Assembly (NCBI GenBank): GCA_964607485.1
Contig: CAZSKP010000004.1
Coordinates: forward strand, 1 to 64,000
Reading direction: 5' to 3'
DNA: 64,000 nt
Source of the DNA: an uncultured bacterium
Lineage (GTDB): Bacteria > Abyssobacteria > SURF-5
The notes beneath the pieces were generated by a model, which had not been told where the DNA came from, did not search any database, and saw nothing but the letters and a program-made list of their open reading frames with translations. Below are positions 47,075 through 57,550 of the stretch, one piece after another; the first letter of the stretch is position 1; the number at the start of each line of letters is the position of its first letter. Position numbers and translations under genes: made by a program.

Positions 47075-49672
47075 CTATAGCCGCCCTTGATACGCGCGGC
47101 GGAACAGTTCCTCGATCTCATCGACCATCGGGAAGCGCGGATTCGAGCGGCTGCTTGGGTCATCGAATGCCTTATCGATCAGGTCCGGCAGCGATTTTTC
47201 GAAATCCTGCTTGGAGATGCCCAGTTCTTTCAGTGTGGTCGGCATCTTGCAGCTTTTCAGCAGGCTGAGGATCGCCTCTATGAGCGCGTCCACTTTCTCG
47301 GCCGTCGTGGAACCTCCCAGTCCGACGAATGTCGCCGCTTCCGCATATTTCTTGTCGGCGACGTATGCTTTTATGTTCGGGTGAGGCATGAACTTTGTCG
47401 GAGTGGTCGCATTGTACCTGACCGTATAAGGCAGAAGCACGCCGTTGGCGCGTCCATGGGGGAGCTTGAAGGTCGCCCCCAAGCTGTGAGCAAGCGCGTG
47501 GTTGACGCCCACGAAGGCGTTGCTGATTGCGATTCCCGCGATGCACGAGGCGTTGTGCATGTTCTCCCGCGCCTCGTAGTCCGACGGATTGCGGAACGCG
47601 CGCTCAAGATACGTGAACACGAGCCGTATCGCCTGCAGCGTGAGCGAGTCGGTATAGCGGGAAGCCGCAATCGACACGTGTGCCTCGAGCGCATGAGTGA
47701 GCACATCCACACCCGTGTCGGCCGTCACGGACGGCGAAAGATTCATGACGAGCGTCGGATCGACGACGGCCATGTCGGGAACGAGTTGATAGTCGCTGAG
47801 CATTATCTTGCGATTGCTTTCGCAGTCGGTGATTACGGCAAACGGAGTCACCTCCGACCCCGTGCCGCTCGTCGTCGGCACCGCGATGAGCCGAGGCCGG
47901 TCGGGCGGGGGAGTCGGGTACTCGGTCACTCGCTTCCGGGGGTCGAGGAACGGAAGCGACAGTTCCTCGAACTTGGTCTGGGGATTCTCGTAGAACAGGC
48001 GCATTGCTTTCGCGGCGTCAATGACCGAGCCGCCGCCGACCGCGATAATATGGTCGGGCTGGTAGTTGTTGAGGACTCTCACGCCGTTCAGCACGGTGGC
48101 AAACGAAGGCTCGGGTTCGACTTCGGAGAACGTGTGCACATGCGTGCTCGGGTTGAGGAAGTTGCGAACCATGTCCACGTGTCCGCGCTTCTCCGCGCCT
48201 TTTGTGCTGATGATGACCGTGGTCTCGGAGTCTACGCTCCTGAGGTTTTCGAGCGATTTGAAGTTGAAATAAATCTGGTTTGGCAGCCGGAACCACGCAT
48301 TGCCGGGCGTCCGGCGGGCGACCCGCTTTATGTTCATGTAATGATAGATGTTCAGGTTATCCATCGTGATGTTGCCTCCACCGGTTCCGCATCCGAACGA
48401 AAACGTGGGAGAGAGGTCATTGTACACGCCGCCAAGTCCGCCGATGGTGGCCGGCGAATTCACCACGATGCGGCCGGCGTTCAGCGCGAACGCAAATTTC
48501 CTTATGACATCCTCATCCGTGGCGAAGACGGATGCCGTATGGCCGAGGCCGCCGTTGTAGCTGATGTCGAGGCACACGTTGATGGCCTCGTCCACCGAGC
48601 GGACGGGCAGCACGCCGAGCACGGGGAACAGTTTCTCCACCGAGAGCGGATGCCCGTCGCCGACGCCCTTCAACGGCGCGATTATGAGGCGCGTGTTCGG
48701 GGAGACCTTCATGCCGCATTGCTTCGCTATGTCTTGTGCGCTCTGTCCGACTGCGAGCGGGTGCATCATGCCCGTCTCGGGATGGATGACCGTCTGCTCG
48801 AGCAGCGCAACCTCGTCTTCGCTCGCAATATGCGCGCCAAGATCGGCGAATTTCTTGATAACCGTGTCGTAGATTTCCTCGTCTATCGCAATCGTCTGCT
48901 CCGACGCGCACACCGTGCCGTTATCGAACGTTTTCGACACGATCACGTCCACGACGGCCATGTCGATGTCGGCGCTCTGGTGCATATAGCAGGGAGTGTT
49001 GCCCGCGCCCACGCCGAGGGCCGGCTTGCCCGTGCTGTACGCCGCTTTCACGAGACTTGTTCCGCCGGTGGCGTCTATCATTTGAACGTCGGGATGGGTG
49101 AACAGATACTGAGTGTCCTCGATGGTCGGCTTTTCGATGCACGCGATGACCCCCTCCGGCGCGCCCGCCCTCTCGGCGGCTTCGCCCATAGTCCTGGCCG
49201 CCTCCAGGCAGCAGTTGGCCGTGCGGAAATGAGGCGAGAAGATGAGCGTGTTGCGCGTCTTGAGGCACGTGATGCATTTAAACAGGACGGTGCCGGTCGG
49301 GTTGGTGATCGGCGTGATTGAAAAGATGACGCCGATGGGCTCGGCGACTTCGACGAGGTTGCGTTCGGGATATTCCCGAATGACCCCGACCGTCGGTTTG
49401 CCTTTGATGTGATTCCAGACAAACTCCGTCGCAACGAAGTTCTTGAGCACCTTGTCCTCGAAGATGCCAAGCTTGCTCTCATCGACGGCGAGGCGCGCCA
49501 GCCGTTTCACGTTGCGAAGGCCGGCCATCACCATCGCCTTGGCGACGCCGTCCACCTGTTCCTGCGAAAACTGCGCAAACTCGGCGGCGGCAAGCCTGGC
49601 TCGTTCGACCAGATTGTCAAGGTAGGCTTTGCGTTCAGCGGTGATAGTGCGTCTTGACTGACGAAGACTCAT
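47075..49672 (-). CDS. adhE: Bifunctional acetaldehyde-CoA dehydrogenase/Fe-alcohol dehydrogenase
   Basis: P.TNPT, GVGAGN, SKTFDNG.VCASE, EKL.P, GCGT.GGN; GGGS.IDAAK, PTTSGTGSE, D.LTHA.E, H.LAH, PHG. Confidence 0.96.
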   Translation of the reverse strand: MSLRQSRRTITAERKAYLDNLVERARLAAAEFAQFSQEQVDGVAKAMVMAGLRNVKRLARLAVDESKLGIFEDKVLKNFVATEFVWNHIKGKPTVGVIREYPERNLVEVAEPIGVIFSITPITNPTGTVLFKCITCLKTRNTLIFSPHFRTANCCLEAARTMGEAAERAGAPEGVIACIEKPTIEDTQYLFTHPDVQMIDATGGTSLVKAAYSTGKPALGVGAGNTPCYMHQSADIDMAVVDVIVSKTFDNGTVCASEQTIAIDEEIYDTVIKKFADLGAHIASEDEVALLEQTVIHPETGMMHPLAVGQSAQDIAKQCGMKVSPNTRLIIAPLKGVGDGHPLSVEKLFPVLGVLPVRSVDEAINVCLDISYNGGLGHTASVFATDEDVIRKFAFALNAGRIVVNSPATIGGLGGVYNDLSPTFSFGCGTGGGNITMDNLNIYHYMNIKRVARRTPGNAWFRLPNQIYFNFKSLENLRSVDSETTVIISTKGAEKRGHVDMVRNFLNPSTHVHTFSEVEPEPSFATVLNGVRVLNNYQPDHIIAVGGGSVIDAAKAMRLFYENPQTKFEELSLPFLDPRKRVTEYPTPPPDRPRLIAVPTTSGTGSEVTPFAVITDCESNRKIMLSDYQLVPDMAVVDPTLVMNLSPSVTADTGVDVLTHALEAHVSIAASRYTDSLTLQAIRLVFTYLERAFRNPSDYEARENMHNASCIAGIAISNAFVGVNHALAHSLGATFKLPHGRANGVLLPYTVRYNATTPTKFMPHPNIKAYVADKKYAEAATFVGLGGSTTAEKVDALIEAILSLLKSCKMPTTLKELGISKQDFEKSLPDLIDKAFDDPSSRSNPRFPMVDEIEELFRRAYQGRL

Positions 49673-50102
49673 TTCCTGATCCCCCCCATTTGATAGGAAT
49701 AAGCCCCGGTTTCACTCAGCGCACGGACATTGGCTGACACGCCCCCGAATCGAGCGAGACATCGTCTGGCCTGCCCATGAACCAGGAGCCTAACAGAGAG
49801 CCTATCACGTTTCTCATGGAAACGTCAATACTGGCCGCATTGAGGCCGCGACTGCCACCTATCCGATCGTTTAGCCATCGCTCCGGGCGACTCAATATCG
49901 CGTTTTCAGGCCGCCTTCGGACCCACGCGCCGGCGCGGGCTGCTTGGAAGCCGGAACACCGATGATGTATACTTGCCTGAGGGACGAAGAAGGGAAACTC
50001 CGGCTGACTGTGGTCTCGACACGGGGGGAAGCGTGTATTTGGTCGGTTGCAGTACGTTGTTCTGTTCCACAATGAGCGCGATTTCATAAAGGAGAGAAAC
50101 TC

Positions 50103-51329
50103 ATGGGCTCGGAGAAAGTGATTGTTCTTGGCGGTTGTGGCGCGGTGGGCAATGTTGCTGCAAGGACGCTCGCGGCGCAGGATATGTTCTCCAAGGTTAT
50201 CATAGGCGACATGGACATGGCCAAGGCCAAAACCATCGTTGCCGAAATCGGCCCGAAGAAGGCCTCGGCGGTGAAGGTCAACGCCGAGGACCCCAAGAGC
50301 GTGAGAAAAGCGATTGAAGGCTGTGACATCGTGCTGAATTGCGTCGGGCCATTCTATAAGAGCGTCAAGAGTGTTCTCACCGCGGTGATTGAGTCAGGGA
50401 TCAACTATGTGGACATATGTGACGACGTCGATGTGACCGTGGACATTCTGAAAATGGACAGAGCCGCAAAGAAAGCCGGGATTACCGCGCTCATCGGCAT
50501 GGGGGCGTCTCCGGGGGTCACGAATCTGTTCGCAAAATTCGTGGCGGACACGCTCCTCGATGAGACCGAGTCGATAGATATTTTCCATACCCACGGTGGC
50601 GAGCCCATAGAGGGCCCCGGCGTCATCGGCCACCGATTTCACTGCATGAGCATAGACATACCAATGTTCCTCGATGGAGAGCTGAAATACGTGAAATACT
50701 TCCGGGAGGACGGAATCGCGCTCAGACAGACCTTCGAGTTCCCCATCGTGGGCGAGGTTCCCCTGTACCCATATCCGCATCCCGAGCAGGTAACGCTGCC
50801 GAAATACATAAGAGTAAAGCGCGTCACGAACAAAGGCTCGGTGTTGCCGATCGAGTACTACACTCTCACCGGTGAAGTGTGCAGGCTGGGCCTCGCCGAC
50901 AGGGAGCCGCTCGATGTAAAGGGCAAGACAATCATTCCGTATGACTTTGCCATCGCCTATATCATCAGAGAGCGGGACAAAATCCTGAAGAGAACGAAGT
51001 TCGGCGTCCAGCGCGGTGCGATGGCGGTTGTCGTAAAGGGGAAGAAGAACGGAGAATATCAAGAGTATAGAGTGCATATGGCTTCCGAGGGGGCGGGACT
51101 GGGCGAAGGCACGGGCGAGCCCGCCGCCATGGGAGTGATTCTCATGCATCAGGGGAAGGTCACGGCCAAGGGCGTGCTGCCACCGGAGGGATGCGTGAAC
51201 CCCAACGACTTGATCAATCTGCAGGGCAGAATGAAGCGTGCCAAGATAAGAGGCAGGAAGAAGGCTGAACGAGTTCTTTACGCGGAAAAGGTCGATTCAC
51301 AGGGAAACGCGACGAGAATCGACTTTTGA
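50103..51329 (+). CDS. Saccharopine dehydrogenase-family NAD(P)-dependent oxidoreductase
   Basis: LGG.GAVG, NCVGPFY, YVDICDD, GMG.SPG.TN, HPEQVTL, GVLPPE. Confidence 0.88.
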   Translation: MGSEKVIVLGGCGAVGNVAARTLAAQDMFSKVIIGDMDMAKAKTIVAEIGPKKASAVKVNAEDPKSVRKAIEGCDIVLNCVGPFYKSVKSVLTAVIESGINYVDICDDVDVTVDILKMDRAAKKAGITALIGMGASPGVTNLFAKFVADTLLDETESIDIFHTHGGEPIEGPGVIGHRFHCMSIDIPMFLDGELKYVKYFREDGIALRQTFEFPIVGEVPLYPYPHPEQVTLPKYIRVKRVTNKGSVLPIEYYTLTGEVCRLGLADREPLDVKGKTIIPYDFAIAYIIRERDKILKRTKFGVQRGAMAVVVKGKKNGEYQEYRVHMASEGAGLGEGTGEPAAMGVILMHQGKVTAKGVLPPEGCVNPNDLINLQGRMKRAKIRGRKKAERVLYAEKVDSQGNATRIDF

Positions 51330-51386
51330 TCAAGAAGGGCGCTCTTCGCCGCCCTTACACATTCTCTACGATGCAGGAATGAATCA

Positions 51387-52964
51387 TTGAAGAACGACGT
51401 ATATATCCTTGCCTACGACCACGGCACATCGGGCGTTAAGACTTCCATCGTATCGAAACACGGGAAGGTAGTCGCCTCCGATTTCGAGAAGACACCCATA
51501 TACTTCTTGCCGAATGGAGGCGCCGAACAAGACCCGCAGGATTGGTGGAACGCCCTGCTCGCGACATCGAAACGGCTGGTGAGAAAGGGTGTGGTGCCTG
51601 CCGAAGACATTGCCGCAGTGTGTGTCTCAAGCACATTCTCCAGCACGGTCGCCGTGGACAGGCAGGGCAATCACCTCATGAACTCGCTCACGTGGATGGA
51701 CTCCCGTGGGACCCCATATGTGAAGAAGGCGATGGCCGGATTCCCCAGCGTCATGGGCTACGGGCTGTTCAAGGTCTTGCGATGGATTGCCAGGACCGCC
51801 GGAGCCCCGTCGCTGACAGGCAAGGATGATATTGCCCACGTGCTGCTTTGGAAACACGAGTTCGCACACGTATATGGAGACGCATACATGTTCCTCCCGA
51901 GCAAGGATTACCTGAACCTCAAGCTGACCGGTCAGTTTGCGGCGTCGTATGACTCGGTGCAACTGTTCTGGGTGACCGACACAAGGGATGTCAACAATAT
52001 CCGGTATGACGACACACTGATATCTCTGCTGGACATTGACAAGAACAAGCTGCCTCCTCTCAAAGCGTCCACCGACATACTCGGCACGCTGTCTCCCGCG
52101 GTGGCCGAAGAAATGGGCCTCGGCGCGGGCGTGAAAGTGGTGATGGGTTCGCCCGACCATCAGTGCGCCCTGATCGGCTCCGGCGCCGTCAGGGACTACG
52201 AGGGGCATATCTATATTGGCACTTCATCGTGGGTACAGTGTCCGATACCCTTCAAGAAATCCGATGCGTTCCATGCCATCGCCTCCTTCCCGACGGCGAT
52301 ACCGGGAAGGTATCAGAGCGTCAATGAGCAGGACCTTGCGGGCGGATGCCTGGGGTTCCTTGTGGACAACATCCTCTTCCACAAGAACGGTCTCGTCTCC
52401 AGCGAACCTCCTGAGAATCCTTATCAGCTCATGGACGAGATTGCCGAACGTGTCCCCGCCGGCAGCCACAAGCTCATCTTCACACCGTGGCTCAACGGGG
52501 AAAGGACGCCCGTTGACAGCGCCACCCTCAGAGGCGGGCTGTTCAACATTTCAAAAACCACGACTCTCGACCATATTATTCGAGCTTTCATGGAGGGAGT
52601 GGCATACAACACGCGCTGGAGCCTCAAATACGTGGAAGCATTCGTGAAGCGCAGCTTGAATCCGCTCAACATCGTCGGCGGCGGCGCAAAGTCGGACGTG
52701 TGGTGCCAGATTTTTGCGGATGTGCTCGACAGAGAGATTAGACAGGTACAGGATCCTTTGCAGGCGAACGCTCGCGGCGCGGCCTTCATCGCTTTGGTTG
52801 GATTGGGCGAAATTAGGTTCGACGATATTCCGAAATTGATTTCATACGAGAAGAGCTTCTCACCAAATCCGGGAAACCGTCAGCTTTACGATGAACTATT
52901 CGAGTCTTTCCTCCACATATACAAGAACAATAAGCGAATGTACCAGAGGCTGAACCGGCAGTAG
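51387..52964 (+). CDS. FGGY-family carbohydrate kinase (xylulokinase-like)
   Basis: D.GTSGVK, EQDP.DWW, W.DSR, KDYL...LTG, GTS, PWL.GERTP, EGVA, GGGAKS.VW.QI.AD. Confidence 0.92.
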   Translation: MKNDVYILAYDHGTSGVKTSIVSKHGKVVASDFEKTPIYFLPNGGAEQDPQDWWNALLATSKRLVRKGVVPAEDIAAVCVSSTFSSTVAVDRQGNHLMNSLTWMDSRGTPYVKKAMAGFPSVMGYGLFKVLRWIARTAGAPSLTGKDDIAHVLLWKHEFAHVYGDAYMFLPSKDYLNLKLTGQFAASYDSVQLFWVTDTRDVNNIRYDDTLISLLDIDKNKLPPLKASTDILGTLSPAVAEEMGLGAGVKVVMGSPDHQCALIGSGAVRDYEGHIYIGTSSWVQCPIPFKKSDAFHAIASFPTAIPGRYQSVNEQDLAGGCLGFLVDNILFHKNGLVSSEPPENPYQLMDEIAERVPAGSHKLIFTPWLNGERTPVDSATLRGGLFNISKTTTLDHIIRAFMEGVAYNTRWSLKYVEAFVKRSLNPLNIVGGGAKSDVWCQIFADVLDREIRQVQDPLQANARGAAFIALVGLGEIRFDDIPKLISYEKSFSPNPGNRQLYDELFESFLHIYKNNKRMYQRLNRQ

Positions 52965-53352
52965 CTTTCGACGAGAGGTTCTTGGAGAAGGTCTGGCGGT
53001 CAGCCGGCTCTACCATTGTTGCCTCGCCCCGTGCACGGAAAGGATTTCGCATGCTGCCAAGAGTGCAGCTTTCACCCATCCGACCGCATAATCTCGCTCT
53101 CAGAGAGCGAATATTTCGCTTTCGATCCTGCACGATTCTGTCCTTCCATGAATGTCGATTCTTGGCGCATCACATGTTGTAGAACTTCTAGAGAAGCGAA
53201 TATGTGGCAACCCCGGCCGAAAGGGGCAAGATTTCCGTTTCTGAAGGATCTCTTCTGCCGGCTTATGGGAAATAACCGTCGCGGAATTGGGGAAGAACAA
53301 ATGAAATGTCCCCGGCTATGACGCACTCGACCTCGGCTTAGGGAAGGGCACT

Positions 53353-54624
53353 CTAGAAACAGAAATAGTGGACGATCTCTTTTGTCACGGTCACGAGGTC
53401 TTCGACGTAAACGAATTCGTCGGCGGCGTGAGCGCGAAGGTCGAACGCTCTGGCCACACCAAAATGGGCCACATTCAATTTCTGGGGACGCAACGCGTCG
53501 GCCACGCAGGCGAGGTCGGTGGAACCGCTCATACCGCCGAATACGAGGCTGTCGTACCCTTGGACAGTCTTGATCGCCTCCAGCATCTTGCGCACAGCCG
53601 GGGTGTCAATGTCCAACTCGACAGCACCATAACTGCGAATCGTCTCGAGCCCTAAGTCCAGAAGCTTGGACTTTTCTTTTCCCCTTCGAACGGCCTCCTG
53701 AACCTCGGCGACAACTTCATCGGGTTCTTCGTCCGGAATATAGCGACGGTCGATTGTGAGCGTGCATTCGGCAGGAATGATATTGACCTTCGTGCCGCTA
53801 TGCATGATGGTAAGGTTGAACATGGGAGTCATTTTGCCATGTTCAAACGGCGATTCCGGATTGGGAAAAGCAGGCACACGGGATTGCCTCTGCTCCACCT
53901 CTTTCTTCAGGGCAGTCAATTCGACAAGTATCGGCACCATCTCCTCCAGCGCGTTGACCCCGAGAAAATTCATGCCCGAATGACAACTCTTGCCCATGGC
54001 CGTCATCTTGAACTGTATGCTGCCTGCCGCCCCCATAGTATATGCAGGCTCGACCGCGGCAAGGTCAAGCCAAATCAGATGGTTGGAGAAGTATCCGTTC
54101 TTGGCCAGATAATCCGCCCCGCACTGATACTCTCCGCCTATCTCTTCGTCCGTGCACAGAAGCGTATCAATTGAAAACTTGGATTCGAGCCCAAGCTCGT
54201 GCATTACTTTGAGCGCGCCCAACACGCAGGCGATCGGCCCTTTGTCGTCGACCGAGCCGCGGCCATAAAGCTTGCCGTCTGCGACCTCGCCGCCGAAGGG
54301 ATCATGAGTCCATGAGCTGTCAGCCGGAACCACGTCGATATGAGCATAGACCGAAACTTTAGGTTTGTCGTTTCTCAGGCTGGCTATCAGGTTCTCTCTT
54401 GGGCCGAAAAGCCCCGCGGCATCCATCTTCTTCTTATCTTCCGGCACGAGGACTCTTTGAGTTTCGCACCCAAATTTTCTGAACTCAGGCGCCAGAAGGT
54501 CAAGAAACGGGCCGTAATTGCTGCCGGGCGGAACCGACGTGTCGATCCTGATCATCTCGCGCAGGATTTCGACCAGATAATGCTTTTCCATCTCAATTTT
54601 TCTTGAAACATCTTGCCAATCCAC
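53353..54624 (-). CDS. M20-family metallopeptidase/amidohydrolase (ArgE/DapE-like)
   Basis: HIDVVP, GRGSVDDKG, DEE, G...HS...G.NA, NIIP, HAADE; AGGAGG RBS before GTG 54624. Confidence 0.9.
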   Translation of the reverse strand: MDWQDVSRKIEMEKHYLVEILREMIRIDTSVPPGSNYGPFLDLLAPEFRKFGCETQRVLVPEDKKKMDAAGLFGPRENLIASLRNDKPKVSVYAHIDVVPADSSWTHDPFGGEVADGKLYGRGSVDDKGPIACVLGALKVMHELGLESKFSIDTLLCTDEEIGGEYQCGADYLAKNGYFSNHLIWLDLAAVEPAYTMGAAGSIQFKMTAMGKSCHSGMNFLGVNALEEMVPILVELTALKKEVEQRQSRVPAFPNPESPFEHGKMTPMFNLTIMHSGTKVNIIPAECTLTIDRRYIPDEEPDEVVAEVQEAVRRGKEKSKLLDLGLETIRSYGAVELDIDTPAVRKMLEAIKTVQGYDSLVFGGMSGSTDLACVADALRPQKLNVAHFGVARAFDLRAHAADEFVYVEDLVTVTKEIVHYFCF

Positions 54625-54708
54625 CTTGACTCCTCCTAAAGTGTGCAAAGCCTCAGGTTAGATCCGTCTGTTTCTGCCACACGCAGTCCGCCACGGATGC
54701 GGCCGGGG

Positions 54709-55896
54709 TCATCTTCGCTTGGTAATCGTCAATTTTTCTACAAGGCTGAGTCCCCTCTTGCGCATTTCGGTGACGAACAACGGTCCGGGCACTCCCACCT
54801 CAACCGGTTTGACTCCCCTTGGAGTCTGGCCCTTGGCGTTCATAATGGTTACTATTGAGCCGTGCCAACCGGTAGTCCTCTCCATGGCTGTGAAGCCCAG
54901 CCGCTCATCATAGTAATCGATCATGTCAAGAAGAACCTCGGACGGGTTCCCATCTTTTTCACCAATAGCCTTGATCCTCACGATGACCAGGTCACGGTCG
55001 GTTTCGGTCGCCCTGATTTTTGGCTCGACACAGGCGTGCAGCACGTCGCGGGGACAGACCTGCATTCCGTTTACCTCAACCGGTTCGAGGTCCATCAAGC
55101 CCATGTCGATGACCGTTTTCCACTGGGCAAAGTGTCCCTTCCAACGCAGAGTCTTGTTCTGGTAAGTCTTGATTTTCCCCTCAAAGGTCCACGGAGCGGT
55201 TGAGGTACCGCCACCTGCCACAAAGGCTTCCATCTTGCCGATGGGCTCGGGGAACTCAAGCACTTCGTAGTCCTCCTCGCGGAAGGTTGGGACCCTTGTT
55301 ATCTTGTGGTCCTTGAGGAATATGGCCTCTCCATAGTACTCATTGGTCAAGCCTGCGATGTTGAAGGTTAAGATGTAGTTGAAGGGCGGTCTGGGATTCT
55401 GGTCGTTACCTCCGTCCCACATATAGATTTCTTCCGTCTTGTCCAATAGAGACATCGCATAGACGGCCAGGGAGGTTCCCATTCCCGGCACCTGGCCGCA
55501 ATCCGGTATGACCGCAATGCCGGCTGCCTTGGCTTGAGAATCGAGTTTCATTTGCTCAAGAACCAAGTCGGTGTTTCCACCCAAATCGCACATACAAGCC
55601 TTCGCGGCGATGGCCGCTCTGGTGATGTCGGGATTGAGCCAGTATGGGACTGCCGAGAGGAAGGAATCCACATTCTTCAAGAAGTCGTTAAGCTGAGGCT
55701 CATCCCTCACGTCGAGTCGCGCCGGATGGGCGATTTCTTTGCCCAAAAGCTTATTCACACGTCGGGCAGAAGCCTCAGCAGCCATGAGGTCTATATCGGC
55801 GATGAAAACCTTTTCGGCATCACCGAACTTGCCCATATCATAGGCTGCTGCCGTGCCCTGTCTTCCACCGCCGATCACCGCGTATTTGTAACTCAC
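54709..55896 (-). CDS. Saccharopine/lysine-6-dehydrogenase-family protein
   Basis: IGGGRQG, SAVPY, DLGG, DCG..PG, GL.NEY, KTLRW.GH, TAM.RTTG. Confidence 0.88.
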   Translation of the reverse strand: MSYKYAVIGGGRQGTAAAYDMGKFGDAEKVFIADIDLMAAEASARRVNKLLGKEIAHPARLDVRDEPQLNDFLKNVDSFLSAVPYWLNPDITRAAIAAKACMCDLGGNTDLVLEQMKLDSQAKAAGIAVIPDCGQVPGMGTSLAVYAMSLLDKTEEIYMWDGGNDQNPRPPFNYILTFNIAGLTNEYYGEAIFLKDHKITRVPTFREEDYEVLEFPEPIGKMEAFVAGGGTSTAPWTFEGKIKTYQNKTLRWKGHFAQWKTVIDMGLMDLEPVEVNGMQVCPRDVLHACVEPKIRATETDRDLVIVRIKAIGEKDGNPSEVLLDMIDYYDERLGFTAMERTTGWHGSIVTIMNAKGQTPRGVKPVEVGVPGPLFVTEMRKRGLSLVEKLTITKRR

Positions 55897-55981
55897 CTCA
55901 AGCTCCTATCTGTGCTCCGCTTCGGATCTTTTCTCGTATTCCCTCAGGATTTCGAGAACCGTGTCCTCTCGTCTCCCCACC

Positions 55982-57322
55982 CTATTTGAATCTGGGAAGA
56001 CACTCGGCGTGGGCCGCGAGTAATTCATCGAGCATCTTGTCGATGTCGGCGCAGTTGCGGGTCAACGGGTCGCGAGTCAGAAACTCTCGCGCGCTCGAAC
56101 GGTCGCCTTCAAGCGCGGCTTTCACGACGAGGAACTGATTCTCGGCGTGAGGATTGACGAGCTTGCAGATTTCCTCAGGCAATTCAATCGGCTCGAGAGG
56201 CGAGACCTCATCCGCCGAGAACTGGGCCAGTGTTTCGACTACCGCGCCGGCGGGCAGATTCGCAACTTGCCCCTCGTTGGGAAGATTCACAACATCCACA
56301 AGCGTCGACCCTTCTCCCGCGAGAGAGGCTATTACGTCTGAGATCGCTTCGTTGGATTTCCCGGCGGGCAGAGGGAACGTGCCTTCGAGCATGCCTTCCG
56401 CGTATGCCTTCACCGCAGCAAACCATGAATCCCTACGCTCCTGGATCGTTGTCGGCTTGACGCCGTACCTGTCCTCGGCCTGCTTCACATCCTTCAAATA
56501 GCCGTCGAAGAACTCGGCGATGTGCCTGTCGCCTGCGGCCGGGAGGCAGCCATACTGCTCGAAGAGTTCGAGCTTGAGTCTGGCTGCGTCTATCAAAGAG
56601 GGCGCAAACATGAGCTTGGCATCTTCATCATCGACATGAAATTCGGTTGGATTTTTCATCCATTCTCGAAGCATCTCGAAGCCGTCGCGTCCTTCGAACG
56701 AAAGGCTGAGAAGCCAGATGAAATGATTGACCCCTGCCACCTTCAGCTCAGTCGGAACGTCTTTCGGAAGCTTGAACATGTCACGCAGAACGTAAAGCAC
56801 TGCTCTTAGTTCGTGGCAGAGCCCGATGTTCTTCACCTTGGCGGCCTGATTGAGAGCGAGACATATCGCGGACATTGGGTTGGTGATGTTTACGTACCAT
56901 GCGTCCGGACAGAGCTTCTCCATTCTTCTTGCGATTCCAACCATGACCGGAATGCTTCGCAATGCTCTCGCCATGCCGCCCGGTCCGACGGAGTCTCCGA
57001 CGGTCTGCGTGACGCCGTACTTGAGTGGAATCTCAAGGTCCTTCTCCATGCTTGCAAAACCGCCCGTGGAAATCGTGACGACGACGAAGTCCGCTCCTTC
57101 AAGCGCCTCGGCCTCGTCGGTGGTCGAGGTCAGCGTGCAGTCCGACTTCTTGGCCGCAATCATTTCTTCACCCAGCGCCCAGATTGTTTTCAGGGGTTCG
57201 GGCGAGATGTCCTCCAACACGATGTGGCTCCCACGGAGGCCCGGAGTCAAGAGGATGTCGTTGATGATCGTCGGAGCCCAGTTATAGCTTCCTCCGCCGA
57301 TGATCGCTATCCTTGGGGGCAT
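55982..57322 (-). CDS. Family 4 glycoside hydrolase (NAD+-dependent alpha-galactosidase-like)
   Basis: IIGGGS, AL.GADFV, GDSVGPGG..RALR, NITNP, GLCH, GVNHF.W, DRH.AEF. Confidence 0.92.
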   Translation of the reverse strand: MPPRIAIIGGGSYNWAPTIINDILLTPGLRGSHIVLEDISPEPLKTIWALGEEMIAAKKSDCTLTSTTDEAEALEGADFVVVTISTGGFASMEKDLEIPLKYGVTQTVGDSVGPGGMARALRSIPVMVGIARRMEKLCPDAWYVNITNPMSAICLALNQAAKVKNIGLCHELRAVLYVLRDMFKLPKDVPTELKVAGVNHFIWLLSLSFEGRDGFEMLREWMKNPTEFHVDDEDAKLMFAPSLIDAARLKLELFEQYGCLPAAGDRHIAEFFDGYLKDVKQAEDRYGVKPTTIQERRDSWFAAVKAYAEGMLEGTFPLPAGKSNEAISDVIASLAGEGSTLVDVVNLPNEGQVANLPAGAVVETLAQFSADEVSPLEPIELPEEICKLVNPHAENQFLVVKAALEGDRSSAREFLTRDPLTRNCADIDKMLDELLAAHAECLPRFK

Positions 57323-57376
57323 GCTTCCTTCTCCGTTGCACAGATCCGACTGGCGGGCGAGGGCCTGCTGCTTGAG

Positions 57377-57550
57377 CTAGGCTCTCTTTTCCCATATCTC
57401 CCCATTTTTGTCGAAGTATATATCATCAGGCGCCACGTCTCCAAGGACGTCTTCCGTTTCCGGCCTCTCTTGTGACCCCTCGACGACGTAATACCTCAAC
57501 CGGGCCGACCCGGCCGAGAGCGGTTCCTCAAAGGAGAGTCGGCGGCTCAC
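57377..57550 (-). CDS. Possible 57-aa small protein (not in ORF track)
   Basis: GTG overlaps upstream stop (GTGA); MSRRLSFEEP...DDIYFDKNGEIWEKRA*. Confidence 0.35.
   Translation of the reverse strand: MSRRLSFEEPLSAGSARLRYYVVEGSQERPETEDVLGDVAPDDIYFDKNGEIWEKRA

Noticed and set aside
53195-53320. GGCAA..GAAA hairpin resembling a c-di-GMP-I riboswitch, followed by MKCPRL*
   Set aside because: Lacks a convincing GCAAA/CUAA second stem and has no intact downstream gene; possibly a gene remnant. An Rfam scan would settle it.
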